Sequence record: DRR378314_212
DNA: 64,000 nt
Direction: 5' to 3' (one strand)
Shown here: positions 35,574-46,435 of the stretch, piece after piece
Layout of the letters: each line of letters opens with the position of its first letter
Numbering within the stretch: position 1 is the first letter of the stretch
Program-made: the position numbers and the translations under genes
Notes under the pieces: generated by a model
What the model saw: the letters and a program-made list of their open reading frames with translations, nothing else
The model's database searches: none
Told to the model about the DNA's origin: nothing

Positions 35574-36710
35574 ATGACCAACGCAATAGATAAAAAAGTG
35601 AACTTACTCGACCTGAATCGTGAGGGAATTAAAGAGTTCTTTCGTGAGATGGGTGAGAAACCATTTCGTGCTGAACAGGTAATGAAGTGGCTGTATCACT
35701 TTTGTGTCGATGACTTTGATGAGATGACGAATCTTAATAAAGCCTTGCGTGAAAAGCTCAAGCAAGTCGCAGAAATACGCGCGCCTGAAGTTCGCGAACA
35801 ACAGCAGTCATCGGACGGTACGATTAAGTTCGCCATGACCCTGTTCGACGGTCAGGACGTGGAAACAGTATGGATACCCGAAGGGGATCGCGCTACTTTG
35901 TGCGTGTCCTCTCAGGTTGGTTGTGCATTAGAATGCACTTTCTGCTCAACCGGGGCTCAGGGCTTTAACCGTAACCTCAGTGTGGCAGAAATTATCGGCC
36001 AGGTGTGGCGGGTGAACCAGCTTTTAGGGGCTTATGGAAAAACCGGAATTAAACCCGTAACGAACGTTGTCATGATGGGCATGGGTGAACCACTGCTTAA
36101 CTTAAACAATGTTGTTCCGGCAATGGAGTTAATGTTAGATGATCTGGGCTTTGGTTTATCAAAGCGTCGTGTCACTTTAAGTACTTCCGGTGTTGTTCCG
36201 GCATTGGAAAAGTTACGTGAACGCATTGATGTCATGCTGGCAATTTCGCTGCATGCACCAGACGATGAACTCCGTAACGAAATTGTACCTGTTAATAAGA
36301 AGTACAATATTGAAGAATTTCTGGCATCGAGCCGTCGTTATGTTGAGCAGTCAAAAGCTCAGCGTAAAGTAACGGTAGAGTATGTCATGCTGGACCATGT
36401 GAATGATTCAACCGATCAAGCGCATGCGCTGGCAAAAACATTAAAAGATACCCCAAGTAAAATTAATCTTATTCCATTTAATCCTTTCCCGGGTTCGGAC
36501 TACGGACGCTCCAGTAACTCGCGAATTGACCGTTTTGCCAAAGTGCTTATGGAGTACGGTTTGACGGTAATGGTACGGAAGACTCGTGGGGATGATATCG
36601 ATGCAGCTTGCGGGCAATTAGTGGGCGATGTCATCGATCGTACAAAACGTATACTGAAACGTCAGCAGAAACAACGTGGTGGGGAAGCAATAGCTGTAAA
36701 GACCACGTAA
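35574..36710 (+). CDS. rlmN: 23S rRNA m2A2503 / tRNA m2A37 radical SAM methyltransferase
   Basis: [30 protein letters not shown]. Confidence 0.97.
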   Translation: MTNAIDKKVNLLDLNREGIKEFFREMGEKPFRAEQVMKWLYHFCVDDFDEMTNLNKALREKLKQVAEIRAPEVREQQQSSDGTIKFAMTLFDGQDVETVWIPEGDRATLCVSSQVGCALECTFCSTGAQGFNRNLSVAEIIGQVWRVNQLLGAYGKTGIKPVTNVVMMGMGEPLLNLNNVVPAMELMLDDLGFGLSKRRVTLSTSGVVPALEKLRERIDVMLAISLHAPDDELRNEIVPVNKKYNIEEFLASSRRYVEQSKAQRKVTVEYVMLDHVNDSTDQAHALAKTLKDTPSKINLIPFNPFPGSDYGRSSNSRIDRFAKVLMEYGLTVMVRKTRGDDIDAACGQLVGDVIDRTKRILKRQQKQRGGEAIAVKTT

Positions 36711-36743
36711 ATTAACAGAATCGCAGGCACAAGGAGTGTGATA

Positions 36744-37199
36744 ATGCGAACCGCTTTATTATTGATAGCCGCAGCGCTATATGGTTGTACCGCTAACCCT
36801 GAACAGTCGGTATCTGTGGGTAATGATGTACGGTTGCAGCTTGGACTTGCTTATTTGGCGCAAGGGAAATTGAAGCTTGCGCATCCGCATTTGCAAACCG
36901 CATTGACGAACAATCCCCGGTCTCTGGATGCCAATCTTGCCTTAGGGCAGTGGTATTTAGCGACAAATGACGTTGATTCTGCTTTGTCACTTTACCAACA
37001 GACATTATCATGGCAACCTATGAGCGGTGCATTGTACAATAACTATGCGGTTGCACTGTGTGTGGCTGGTGACTGGGAAAAAGCACTCAGGTATTTTGAT
37101 AAAGTGACATTGGATCCAGCGTATCCACATCATGCCAGAGCTGAGGCCAATAAAGCCGAATGTCTGGCTCGGGTAGGTCACGACGCAGCTCAACCATAA
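36744..37199 (+). CDS. TPR lipoprotein, short PilW/PilF-like
   Basis: LYGC lipobox, RLQLGLAYL..G, NNYA..LC, and the usual pilW position between rlmN and rodZ. Confidence 0.7.
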   Translation: MRTALLLIAAALYGCTANPEQSVSVGNDVRLQLGLAYLAQGKLKLAHPHLQTALTNNPRSLDANLALGQWYLATNDVDSALSLYQQTLSWQPMSGALYNNYAVALCVAGDWEKALRYFDKVTLDPAYPHHARAEANKAECLARVGHDAAQP

Positions 37200-37219
37200 C
37201 AGGGAAAACCCTTACAATC

Positions 37220-38317
37220 ATGACTGCTGAAAACGAATCAACACAAGATAACAAAAAGCCAGAATCGGAAGCGGCACAAGAAACAGAGCAAAAGCCGAGT
37301 AAAGGTCCTGGTGAAATTCTGAGAGAAGCTCGTGAAGCTAAAGGTTTAGAGCAACGCGAGGTTGCAGACCAGTTGCGTTTGCGAAAGCAGATTATTGAAT
37401 TGCTGGAAGCCGATGATTATTCAACTTTCTCTACGGCAACCTTTATTAAAGGTTATTTACGCTCCTACGCCAAACTGCTTGATTTAGACGATACCGAGCT
37501 ATTTGAGGCTTATAAAGCCAGAGGCTATAAAGAAGTTGAAAGCAGCCAGATGCAGAGCTTCTCAAGACGTAAAAAGCATGAAGAAAGCGACAACCGCTTA
37601 ATGTTAATCACTTATGTGGTTATCATTATTGTTGTGGCCTTGGTTATTTGGTGGTGGCAAGAGCCGGATCTTGGTTTTAGTGAAGGCGAAACTGGCACGC
37701 AGGAAAGTTCAGAAGTTTCTCCGGTAAATACTGATGATGAAGCTGATAACGTCGGTGATATTGAAATTTCAAACCAGCCGACAGAGCCACAAATTGCGCC
37801 GAATGAAGATGAAGCTATATTAGAGTCAGAAGTTGAAGCTGATGACACGAATGTTGCGGTCGAGTCGGTACAAGAACCCGTTAGTGAAAGCGGCGAGAAT
37901 GACAACGAGAATAACGACGAATCGCAGGCCGCTAACACTGATTCGGCGGCTAATGATGTTAACGATACCCAAGAGTTACCAACTGAAACTGCCGAGCAGA
38001 CAGATAACCAAGCTGAAACTTCGGTCGAGTCAGAAGCTGTTGAGTCGTCGCCGCAACCAGAAGCTGTTTCAGCCAGCCTGGTGTTAGAGTTTAATGAAGA
38101 ATGCTGGGTTAAAATTGATGATGCTTCCGGTGAAACTCAGGCTGTTGGTGTAAAGGCTGCAGGCTACCGTATGCCAGTCCCTGGCGAAGCGCCTTTTTCA
38201 GTAACACTGTGTAAACCTGAAGCTGTTAATGTCAGCTTTAACGGTAATGCCTTTAATATGGATCAGTTCCGGACTGGTCGTGTCGCGCGCTTTACCGTAC
38301 CGTCAGAAGAGCAGTAG
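37220..38317 (+). CDS. rodZ: Cell shape protein RodZ
   Basis: N-terminal HTH with [13 protein letters not shown], one TM, acidic linker, C-terminal CWVKI.D domain. Confidence 0.9.
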   Translation: MTAENESTQDNKKPESEAAQETEQKPSKGPGEILREAREAKGLEQREVADQLRLRKQIIELLEADDYSTFSTATFIKGYLRSYAKLLDLDDTELFEAYKARGYKEVESSQMQSFSRRKKHEESDNRLMLITYVVIIIVVALVIWWWQEPDLGFSEGETGTQESSEVSPVNTDDEADNVGDIEISNQPTEPQIAPNEDEAILESEVEADDTNVAVESVQEPVSESGENDNENNDESQAANTDSAANDVNDTQELPTETAEQTDNQAETSVESEAVESSPQPEAVSASLVLEFNEECWVKIDDASGETQAVGVKAAGYRMPVPGEAPFSVTLCKPEAVNVSFNGNAFNMDQFRTGRVARFTVPSEEQ

Positions 38318-38336
38318 AGGTCAATTTAAGGTTATG

Positions 38337-39452
38337 ATGCACGAAAATCCAATTAAACGCCGCCCTTCCCGCCGCTTGTATGTAGGTAATGTGCCTATTG
38401 GCGATGGCGCACCGATTGCTGTGCAGTCCATGACAAATACTGAAACAACCGATGTTGATGCGACCGTAGCGCAAATCGAAGCGCTGGCTCAAGCTGGTGC
38501 CGATATTGTTCGTGTGTCTGTACCAACAATGGAAGCCGCCGAAGCTTTTAAGCAAATAAAGCAGCGCAGTCCAGTGCCTTTAGTCACTGACATTCATTTT
38601 GATTACCGTATTGCGCTTAAAGTTGCCGAATATGGTGCGGATTGCCTACGTATTAACCCGGGCAATATTGGTCACGAAGACAGAATTAAAGCCGTAGTAG
38701 ATGCAGCACGTGAACGTAACATTCCAATTCGTATTGGGGTTAATGGCGGTTCACTAGAAAAAGATCTGCAAGAAAAATACGGAGAACCGACAGCTGAGGC
38801 GTTAGTTGAATCCGCAATGCGGCATGTCAATATTCTCTATAAGCTGGACTTTTACGATTTTAAAGTCAGCGTTAAAGCTTCCGATGTATTTTTAGCCGTT
38901 GAATCGTATCGCTTACTGGCACAAAAAATTGATCAGCCTTTGCACTTAGGCATTACAGAAGCCGGTGGTAAGCGCAGCGGTGCGGTGAAATCGTCAGTTG
39001 GTTTAGGCATGTTGCTGGCTGAAGGTATTGGCGACACGTTGCGGGTGTCCCTTGCTGCTGATCCGGTTGAAGAAATTAAAGTGGGTTTTGATATATTAAA
39101 GTCACTGCGTATTCGCGCGCGGGGTATCAATTTTATTGCCTGCCCAAGTTGTTCCAGACAAGAATTCGATGTTATTAACACCGTTAATGCCTTAGAGGAG
39201 CGTCTGGAAGATATTACTATTCCAATGGATGTTTCAATTATAGGCTGTGTGGTTAATGGCCCGGGCGAGGCTCTGGTATCGCATGTAGGTCTTGCCGGCG
39301 CAAAAAACAAAAGTGGTTTGTACATCGGCGGAGCACGTCAAAAACTCCGGCTGGATAACCAGAATTTAGTGGATGAACTGGAAGCTCAAATTCGCGAGCA
39401 GGTAAAGTTCATTGAAGCTAATAAAATTGACGTAAAAGAAATTAACGGTTGA
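38337..39452 (+). CDS. ispG: 4-hydroxy-3-methylbut-2-en-1-yl diphosphate synthase
   Basis: [39 protein letters not shown]. Confidence 0.97.
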   Translation: MHENPIKRRPSRRLYVGNVPIGDGAPIAVQSMTNTETTDVDATVAQIEALAQAGADIVRVSVPTMEAAEAFKQIKQRSPVPLVTDIHFDYRIALKVAEYGADCLRINPGNIGHEDRIKAVVDAARERNIPIRIGVNGGSLEKDLQEKYGEPTAEALVESAMRHVNILYKLDFYDFKVSVKASDVFLAVESYRLLAQKIDQPLHLGITEAGGKRSGAVKSSVGLGMLLAEGIGDTLRVSLAADPVEEIKVGFDILKSLRIRARGINFIACPSCSRQEFDVINTVNALEERLEDITIPMDVSIIGCVVNGPGEALVSHVGLAGAKNKSGLYIGGARQKLRLDNQNLVDELEAQIREQVKFIEANKIDVKEING

Positions 39453-39524
39453 TTTTACCCGCATCGACAAAGTCCCTATAATACCCGCTTATTTTCTGTA
39501 TCGATAACCAGACGAGAAGGTTCC

Positions 39525-40802
39525 GTGGCGAATACAATCCAAGCAATTCGTGGCATGAATGATTTGTTGCCAGAGCAGAGTCCGGCCTGGCAACAGGTTG
39601 AAGCAGTAATACGACGCGTTGCTGCAAGCTACGGGTATAGCGAAATCCGTATGCCGGTACTGGAAAGCACACAACTGTTTAAACGCTCTATTGGTGAAGT
39701 TACCGATATTGTCGAAAAAGAAATGTATACCTTTGATGACCGCAATGGCGAAAGCGTAACTTTGCGTCCGGAAGGGACAGCAAGCTGCGTGCGCGCGGGT
39801 AATCAGCACGGTTTGTTGTACAACCAAATTCAGCGTTTGTGGTATATGGGGCCTATGTTCCGTTACGAACGTCCACAAAAGGGGCGTTATCGTCAGTTTC
39901 ATCAGTTTGGTATTGAGACCTTTGGTTTAGAAAGTGCCGATGCCGATGCGGAAGTCATTCTGCTTTCAGCCAGATTATGGCGCGAGTTTGGTCTTGCCGA
40001 TCAGGTCGAGCTGCAACTGAACTCTCTGGGATCTAATGAAGCTCGGGCGAATTACCGTGATGCGTTAAAAGCTTACTTGTCTGACTATGAAAGCGAGCTG
40101 GATGACGACAGTAAACGCCGGCTTGAAAGCAATCCGTTGCGTATTCTGGACAGTAAAGACGAAAAGACTCAGAAGATTCTGGAAGGTGCGCCTAGTCTAT
40201 CCGAATACTGGGACGCTGAATCGAAAGAGCACTTTGAGCAATTAACGGCTCGTCTGGAAGCGGCTGGTATTTCATATACTTTAAACGAACGTTTGGTTCG
40301 TGGTCTGGATTATTACAACCGTACCGTGTTTGAATGGGTCACCACGGCTCTGGGCGCTCAGGGTACCGTTTGTGCCGGTGGTCGTTATGACGGTCTGGTT
40401 GAACAATTAGGCGGTAAGGCTACGCCTGCAGTCGGTTTTGCCATGGGCATGGAACGTTTGGTGCTGTTGCTACAGGAACAAGGTAAGCTGACCCCAAGAC
40501 GAGTGGTTGATGCTTACTTAATGCCGCTAGGCGAAGAAGCGGAACTAAATGCCCCGCGAATTGCCGAACAGCTGAGAAATGAGTTGCCGGAACTGCGACT
40601 GGTAAGCCACTGTGGTGGCGGTTCTATGAAGAAACAAATGAAGAAAGCCGATAAGTCGGGTGCACAAGTGGCACTCATTATCGGTGCGGATGAAATCGCT
40701 CAGCAGCAGGTAACCGTAAAACCGTTACGCACTGCTGAAGAACAACAAACTCTGGGCTGGCAGGCACTTATTGAGTTTCTGCAGCCGCTGACAAGAGGGT
40801 AG
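39525..40802 (+). CDS. hisS: Histidine--tRNA ligase
   Basis: [34 protein letters not shown]. Confidence 0.98.
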   Translation: MANTIQAIRGMNDLLPEQSPAWQQVEAVIRRVAASYGYSEIRMPVLESTQLFKRSIGEVTDIVEKEMYTFDDRNGESVTLRPEGTASCVRAGNQHGLLYNQIQRLWYMGPMFRYERPQKGRYRQFHQFGIETFGLESADADAEVILLSARLWREFGLADQVELQLNSLGSNEARANYRDALKAYLSDYESELDDDSKRRLESNPLRILDSKDEKTQKILEGAPSLSEYWDAESKEHFEQLTARLEAAGISYTLNERLVRGLDYYNRTVFEWVTTALGAQGTVCAGGRYDGLVEQLGGKATPAVGFAMGMERLVLLLQEQGKLTPRRVVDAYLMPLGEEAELNAPRIAEQLRNELPELRLVSHCGGGSMKKQMKKADKSGAQVALIIGADEIAQQQVTVKPLRTAEEQQTLGWQALIEFLQPLTRG

Positions 40803-40806
40803 TCAG

Positions 40807-41421
40807 GTGGATAATACCGAAGAACAACAAGTAGAACGTTTAAAAGAGTTTTGGAAAGAACACGGTAAAGGTATTGTTGCCGGCGTGGTTATTGGCTTTG
40901 GTTTGTTTTATGGCTGGCGTTATTATGACCAGCATACGCTGGAAACTCAGCAGCGTGCTTCAGCAAATTACGAGCAATTGACGGCCGAACTCTCTGAAGG
41001 TAGCGAGAACGCGGTACTGGAAGCGCAAGAGTTTGTCAGCGAGAACCCCGAAAATGTTTACGCGCAGTTGGTGGCTTTGCAGTTGGCTCAGCACGCGGTG
41101 GAGCGCGCTGACTTAGCAACAGCGGTTACTGCGTTACAGTCGGTAGTCGACAGCGCTGAAGACGAAAACATGTCGGCCTTAGCCAGTATCCGGTTAGCTC
41201 GGGTATTAATTGCTCAGGAACAGCTTGACGCTGCTTTAAGTCTGGTTAAGAAACCGTTGCCAGAAGCTTATGCGGGCTTTGCCGCAGAGCTTGAAGGCGA
41301 CATTTTGGCTGAGCAGGGTAATACCGAAGAAGCTCGTGCCGCATACGAACGCGCATTGCAGGCTGGTGAGTCATTGACTCCGGCGCTGCAAATGAAACTC
41401 AACAGCCTGGTTAAGTCATAA
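40807..41421 (+). CDS. yfgM: Ancillary SecYEG translocon subunit (TPR)
   Basis: TEEQQVE.LK.FW..HG, one TM, TPR-like C-terminus, hisS-bamB position. Confidence 0.88.
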   Translation: MDNTEEQQVERLKEFWKEHGKGIVAGVVIGFGLFYGWRYYDQHTLETQQRASANYEQLTAELSEGSENAVLEAQEFVSENPENVYAQLVALQLAQHAVERADLATAVTALQSVVDSAEDENMSALASIRLARVLIAQEQLDAALSLVKKPLPEAYAGFAAELEGDILAEQGNTEEARAAYERALQAGESLTPALQMKLNSLVKS

Positions 41422-42662
41422 TGCAATTGATTAAACGCTTTACCAAAGGCAGTTTGTTATTGACTGCTGCAGTTCTTGTTAGTGGCTGCTCTATATTCGG
41501 CGACGATGATGAAGAGCCTAAGTTTGCTGTACTTCAGCCTATTTCCGAGCAAGTACAAGCAAAAGTTTTATGGGACGCCTCAGTTGGAAGCGGTATAGGT
41601 GAGCACTTCTCCCGACTGAATCCTGTGGTTGAATATGGCAAGGTTTTCGCCGCCGACCGAAATGGCATCGTCAGCGCATTTGATAAGTCCACAGGTGAAC
41701 GCCTTTGGCGAATTGATTTGCGTCAGCGTATTACATTTGATGAAGCTACGGATGAAGGTTGGTTCAGCGGCTTATTTGCTAGCCCTTTCCCGGCGCGCAT
41801 ATCTGGTGGCTTAGTTGCTCAGTATGACCGTGTCTTTTTGGGCACTGAAAATGGTGATGTTGTTGCTCTGGATGCTGAAACTGGCGATCTTGTTTGGCAT
41901 ACCGAGGTGAACAACGAGGTCATGTCAGATCCAGCCGTCGGCGAAGGCCGTGTCGTCGTTCACACTGGTGGTGGGAAAGTTATTAGTCTGGACGCCGAAA
42001 CCGGTGAAGAGCAATGGGAATATGAATATCAGACACCCATGCTGACTGTTCGTGGTGCCTCCGCTCCGGCGATTATTAGTGGTGGTGTTGTCGTTGGTGA
42101 TAGCAACGGTTCTGGTATGGTACTAATTGCAGACAGTGGGCAGCAAGCCTGGAGTCAGCCTATTGGTAAGCCCAGTGGAAGTACAGAACTGGAACGTTTA
42201 GCCGACGTTGACGCAAAACCCGCTACGCAGGGAACTACCCTGTATATGGTTGCGTTTAACGGAGAGCTGGTCGCGCTTGAACTCATGAGTGGCGAAGTAC
42301 GTTGGAAACGCGACTACAAAGCATTTGAAAACATGTTGGTGACTAGTGGCCGAATTTTCTTAACCGATGTGAACAGCCACGTTTACTCACTTGACCAGAG
42401 CGGTGGTATTGAGCGTTGGAGTAACACCGAGCTGTTTGGGCGTAAGCTAAGCGCCCCCGCATGGCATCGCGGTAATATTGTTGTTGGTGACTTTGAAGGC
42501 TACTTGCATTGGCTGGACAGTGAAACCGGCAACATTGTTGGTCGTTACGACGTTGGCGGCGATGGAGTCTATGTTGCTCCTGTCGTGGATAACAACATTA
42601 TGTATGTACAAACTCGGGACGGTGATATCATCGCGCTCGATACTCAATCAGGAAATGAATAA
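41421..42662 (+). CDS. bamB: Outer membrane protein assembly factor BamB
   Basis: SGC lipobox, PQQ-like beta-propeller repeats, RLADVD, VGDFEGYLHW. Confidence 0.93.
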   Translation: MQLIKRFTKGSLLLTAAVLVSGCSIFGDDDEEPKFAVLQPISEQVQAKVLWDASVGSGIGEHFSRLNPVVEYGKVFAADRNGIVSAFDKSTGERLWRIDLRQRITFDEATDEGWFSGLFASPFPARISGGLVAQYDRVFLGTENGDVVALDAETGDLVWHTEVNNEVMSDPAVGEGRVVVHTGGGKVISLDAETGEEQWEYEYQTPMLTVRGASAPAIISGGVVVGDSNGSGMVLIADSGQQAWSQPIGKPSGSTELERLADVDAKPATQGTTLYMVAFNGELVALELMSGEVRWKRDYKAFENMLVTSGRIFLTDVNSHVYSLDQSGGIERWSNTELFGRKLSAPAWHRGNIVVGDFEGYLHWLDSETGNIVGRYDVGGDGVYVAPVVDNNIMYVQTRDGDIIALDTQSGNE

Positions 42663-42665
42663 GAG

Positions 42666-44105
42666 ATGTTACCTGTTGTCGCGCTCGTCGGGCGCCCAAA
42701 TGTGGGGAAATCCACGCTTTTTAATCGTTTAACGCGAACTCGCGACGCACTGGTAGCGGACTTTCCCGGGTTAACCCGGGATCGTAAATACGGTCAGGCA
42801 AATTACGACGGTTATCAATTTATTGTTATTGATACCGGTGGTATTCATGGTGATGAAGAAGGCATTGACGAAGAAATGGCAAAGCAGTCGCTGCTTGCTG
42901 TTGACGAAGCCGATGTGGTTCTTTTCATGGTGGACGCGCGTGACGGTGTTACCGTTGGTGATCAAGCCATTGCTGACCATTTGCGTAAGCAGAATAAGAA
43001 AGTTTACCTGGTCTGTAATAAAATTGACGGTATTGATGCCCATTCGGCAATGGCCGACTTCTATTCGTTATCTTTAGGCGAACTTTACGGTATTGCGGCG
43101 GCTCACGGCCGTGGTGTTGAGCAGTTACTGGAAATTTGCTTTAAGCCAATAGCGGAAGAATACCCCGATGTTATCGTGCCCAAGGACGTTGAGTCTGAAG
43201 AGCTTGAGCATGATGAAATTGACTACGACAAGCTACCACTAAAGTTGGCTATTGTCGGTCGCCCTAACGTCGGTAAATCAACTTTAATCAATCGCATATT
43301 AGGTGAAGAGCGGGTTGTCGTTTATGACATGCCAGGCACTACTCGCGATTCCGTGTATATTCCTATGCAGCGGAACGAGCGGGAATATGTTCTGATTGAT
43401 ACCGCAGGAGTCCGTCGTCGTGGGCGTATTGGTGAGGCTATCGAGAAGTTTTCGGTGGTTAAGACCCTGCAGGCAATTGAGGACGCAAACGTTGTCCTTA
43501 TTGTGGTTGATGCACGTGAAACTATCAGTGATCAGGATCTCAACTTAATTGGCTTTGCATTAAATGCCGGTCGTTCAATTGTTATTGCGGTGAATAAGTG
43601 GGATGGTTTGCAAAACGACCACAAAGAAGAGATAAAGCGCGAGCTGGATAGACGCTTAGGCTTCGTTGACTTCGCCCGTTTGCATTTTATTTCCGCGCTG
43701 CACGGTACAGGTGTTGGTCATTTATTTGAGTCGGTTGAAGAGGCTTATGCCAGCGCAACGCAACGCATTAGTACCTCTAAGCTGACGAAAATAATGGAAA
43801 TGGCGCAGGAAGAGCATCAGCCGCCACTGGTGAGCGGTCGCCGGGTGAAACTTAAATATGCGCACGCAGGTGGCTATAATCCACCACGTATTATTATTCA
43901 TGGCAACCAGGTAAAGGATTTACCGGGGGCTTATCAGCGCTATTTAATTAACTACTTCCGGAAATCTCTGGGCGTTATGGGTACGCCAATAAAAGTAGAA
44001 TTCCGTGAACCGGTTAACCCTTATGAAGGTAAGAAAAACCAACTTACTTTGTCGCAGCAGCGAAAACGCAGACGCTTGATGAAGTTTCTGAAGAAGAAAA
44101 AATAG
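42666..44105 (+). CDS. der: Ribosome biogenesis GTPase Der (EngA)
   Basis: Two GRPNVGKS P-loops, DTGG/DTAG, KH-like C-terminal domain. Confidence 0.98.
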   Translation: MLPVVALVGRPNVGKSTLFNRLTRTRDALVADFPGLTRDRKYGQANYDGYQFIVIDTGGIHGDEEGIDEEMAKQSLLAVDEADVVLFMVDARDGVTVGDQAIADHLRKQNKKVYLVCNKIDGIDAHSAMADFYSLSLGELYGIAAAHGRGVEQLLEICFKPIAEEYPDVIVPKDVESEELEHDEIDYDKLPLKLAIVGRPNVGKSTLINRILGEERVVVYDMPGTTRDSVYIPMQRNEREYVLIDTAGVRRRGRIGEAIEKFSVVKTLQAIEDANVVLIVVDARETISDQDLNLIGFALNAGRSIVIAVNKWDGLQNDHKEEIKRELDRRLGFVDFARLHFISALHGTGVGHLFESVEEAYASATQRISTSKLTKIMEMAQEEHQPPLVSGRRVKLKYAHAGGYNPPRIIIHGNQVKDLPGAYQRYLINYFRKSLGVMGTPIKVEFREPVNPYEGKKNQLTLSQQRKRRRLMKFLKKKK

Positions 44106-44114
44106 TTTTAAACG

Positions 44115-44146
44115 AGAAAGCCTGCTAATTGAGCAGGCTTTTCTTT
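44115..44146. terminator. Rho-independent terminator
   Basis: AAGCCTGCT-aattg-AGCAGGCTT followed by TTCTTT, between convergent der and hslO. Confidence 0.8.
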
Positions 44147-44151
44147 ATCTA

Positions 44152-44976
44152 TTAATTAAAGTCTGAGGGGCTAAAACGGTACTCGGTAAGGCAATAATCA
44201 CAGGTCATCATAATTTCGCCTTCCTCGGCTAAAATTTCCTGAATTTCTTCCGGGCTAACTGAAGCCAGTGCCTCTAGCGTGCGTTCACGCGAGCAGCCGC
44301 AAACAAAGCTGACTTTCTGTGACGGGTACAGATGCACTTGCTCTTCATGATAAAGACGATGCAATAGCTCTTCAGCCGGTAGTGTGAAAATTTCTTTGGC
44401 AGTAATCGTATCGGTTAAAGTGGCCAGATGTTCGAACCCGGTTAAGTCCTTCCCTGTTGCGGGCAGGCGTTGTAACAACATGCCTGCGGCGTGTTCGCCA
44501 TCGGCATATAACCAAACCCGGGTGTGCAATTGCTCTGACTGTTCGAAGTAGTTTTCGAGCATGTCAGAAATGGAATCGGCATCTGCGCCGACAACGCCCT
44601 GATAACGTTCACCAGTATCCGGGGTTAAGGTAATGACCAACTGACCTTTTCCTATCATCGATTGTAAATCCGTTGCACCAAGCTCGGATTTTAATCGTGC
44701 GATGCCTCTTAACTCCTGATTATGATTGCCATTAACCGCAATAAAGTTAAGTGGCCCATCGCCCTGAAGTTGCACCGCAATATGGCCTTCAAACTTTAAA
44801 GTGGCAGTTAGTAGTGATACTGCGGCCATCATTTGCCCAAGTAACTCCTGAACAGGTGCAGGATAGTTATGACCACGGAGCAAAGTTTGATAGCTGCTGG
44901 TCAACTGAACGAGCTCACCTCGCACATCTTGCTCTTCAAAGGTGTAGCGTGACAATTGATCAGTTGGGTATTCCAT
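44152..44976 (-). CDS. hslO: Hsp33 redox-regulated chaperone
   Basis: VRGELV, QSEQL, CGCS...CDYC zinc centre. Confidence 0.95.
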   Translation of the reverse strand: MEYPTDQLSRYTFEEQDVRGELVQLTSSYQTLLRGHNYPAPVQELLGQMMAAVSLLTATLKFEGHIAVQLQGDGPLNFIAVNGNHNQELRGIARLKSELGATDLQSMIGKGQLVITLTPDTGERYQGVVGADADSISDMLENYFEQSEQLHTRVWLYADGEHAAGMLLQRLPATGKDLTGFEHLATLTDTITAKEIFTLPAEELLHRLYHEEQVHLYPSQKVSFVCGCSRERTLEALASVSPEEIQEILAEEGEIMMTCDYCLTEYRFSPSDFN

Positions 44977-45006
44977 GGGCACTCCTGTTTATCGACAACA
45001 AGCGAT

Positions 45007-45408
45007 TTATTCACCGCTATCTTTCATTCTGATAAGTTGACGGCGCTGTTTTTTATCTGGCCGTCCATCCGGGTGCGGATTATACAACGCATTAAGCTTT
45101 CTTGCTTCCGCATTTTTCTCGCGCTTTTCTATGCTCTCAGGAGTTTCTCTGTAGAGTAGTTGCGCCTCGCTGGCACCGCGGCGTTGCTCACTTAGCTCCA
45201 TGACTTCAACTTCTTTTGTATCGAAGCCCTGCCGCAAAGTGATAATAGCGCCAACCTGCACTACCTTAGAAGGCTTGCTACGTTGCCCGTCATAATGTAC
45301 TTTGCCTGACTGAATCATTTGTCGGGCAAGTGCTCTGGTTTTGTAGAATCTTGCTGCCCACAGCCATTTATCCAGACGAATGGGGCTTTCTTTTCGAGTT
45401 TTTGTCAT
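45007..45408 (-). CDS. hslR: Ribosome-associated heat shock protein Hsp15
   Basis: RLDKWLWAARFYKTR S4 domain, RPDKKQRR. Confidence 0.96.
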   Translation of the reverse strand: MTKTRKESPIRLDKWLWAARFYKTRALARQMIQSGKVHYDGQRSKPSKVVQVGAIITLRQGFDTKEVEVMELSEQRRGASEAQLLYRETPESIEKREKNAEARKLNALYNPHPDGRPDKKQRRQLIRMKDSGE

Positions 45409-45519
45409 AAAAACGCAACGAATTCGTTATAAACTTTGTGTTAATCGATTGTTGACTCATGTCGCCTGCGCTAGAATGCATGAATCGCCTTTTGTCAGTG
45501 TAACAAGAATAAGAATAAA

Positions 45520-46434
45520 GTGACTGCCCGACTCCAACAAATATTTAAAGATACTCAAATGTGGCGCCGCTTAATGCAAGCGCTAACGGCTTTCGCATGG
45601 TTTTTGGTTGCGGTATTGCTGGCCCGGTTTACCTGGTCACTGATTAACCCTGCAGAGCCCGACGACAGCGCGGTGTTACCTATAGTTACGGTTGATTCTA
45701 CTGCAACTGGCTCGATGAATTTAGAGACTTTAACGACGCTGAATCTTTTCGGAGCAGCAGAGCGGGGGAACCGTCCTAAAAGCGTTCAAAATGCGCCGAA
45801 AACATCATTAAATGTCCGTCTGATAGGCGTCTCTGCCAGCTCTAATCCTGAACGTTCAGCAGCTATTATTCAGCAAGGCAGCAAGCAACAAACCTACATT
45901 ATTGGTGAGAGCCTTGGCAGTTCATCGGTGACTGTAGAAGAGATTCATGCCGATCGCGTTATTCTTGATAATAACGGCCGATTAGAAACGTTGAAAATGG
46001 AAGACATTGGTGAGGACAGGCCTGCACTGTCTTTAATTGTAGGTGACTCAGATAACTCTGGTGCGCTGATACCTGTCGATAGTGATGACAGCAATCCGGT
46101 TAATGATGATGCGACTGTTGAACAACAGTTGGCCCAGGTTGCTGATAATCCTTCGTCGTTACTCGATTACGTGAATATTTCGCCAGTACAAATTAATGGC
46201 GAGTTAAAAGGATACAAATTGAATTCAGGTAAGAACCCCGAGTTATTTCGGGATGCTGGATTCCAGAACGGTGATCTTGCAGTGGCTATAAACGGCTACG
46301 ATTTGACCGACATGGAGCAGGCCATGCTTGCTAGTCAGGAACTGTCGGAACAAGAGCGGGTCACCATAGAAATTGAGCGCGGCGGTGAAAGGATGGAACT
46401 GTCGTTTGAGCTACCGGTAAAACAGGATAATTGA
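45520..46434 (+). CDS. gspC: Type II secretion protein C
   Basis: One TM, APKTSLN..L.G HR domain, PDZ-like C-terminus, first gene of the gsp cluster. Confidence 0.9.
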   Translation: MTARLQQIFKDTQMWRRLMQALTAFAWFLVAVLLARFTWSLINPAEPDDSAVLPIVTVDSTATGSMNLETLTTLNLFGAAERGNRPKSVQNAPKTSLNVRLIGVSASSNPERSAAIIQQGSKQQTYIIGESLGSSSVTVEEIHADRVILDNNGRLETLKMEDIGEDRPALSLIVGDSDNSGALIPVDSDDSNPVNDDATVEQQLAQVADNPSSLLDYVNISPVQINGELKGYKLNSGKNPELFRDAGFQNGDLAVAINGYDLTDMEQAMLASQELSEQERVTIEIERGGERMELSFELPVKQDN

Positions 46435-46435
46435 T

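Noticed and set aside
37680-38070. Low-complexity acidic stretch in rodZ
   Set aside because: Normal disordered periplasmic linker of RodZ.
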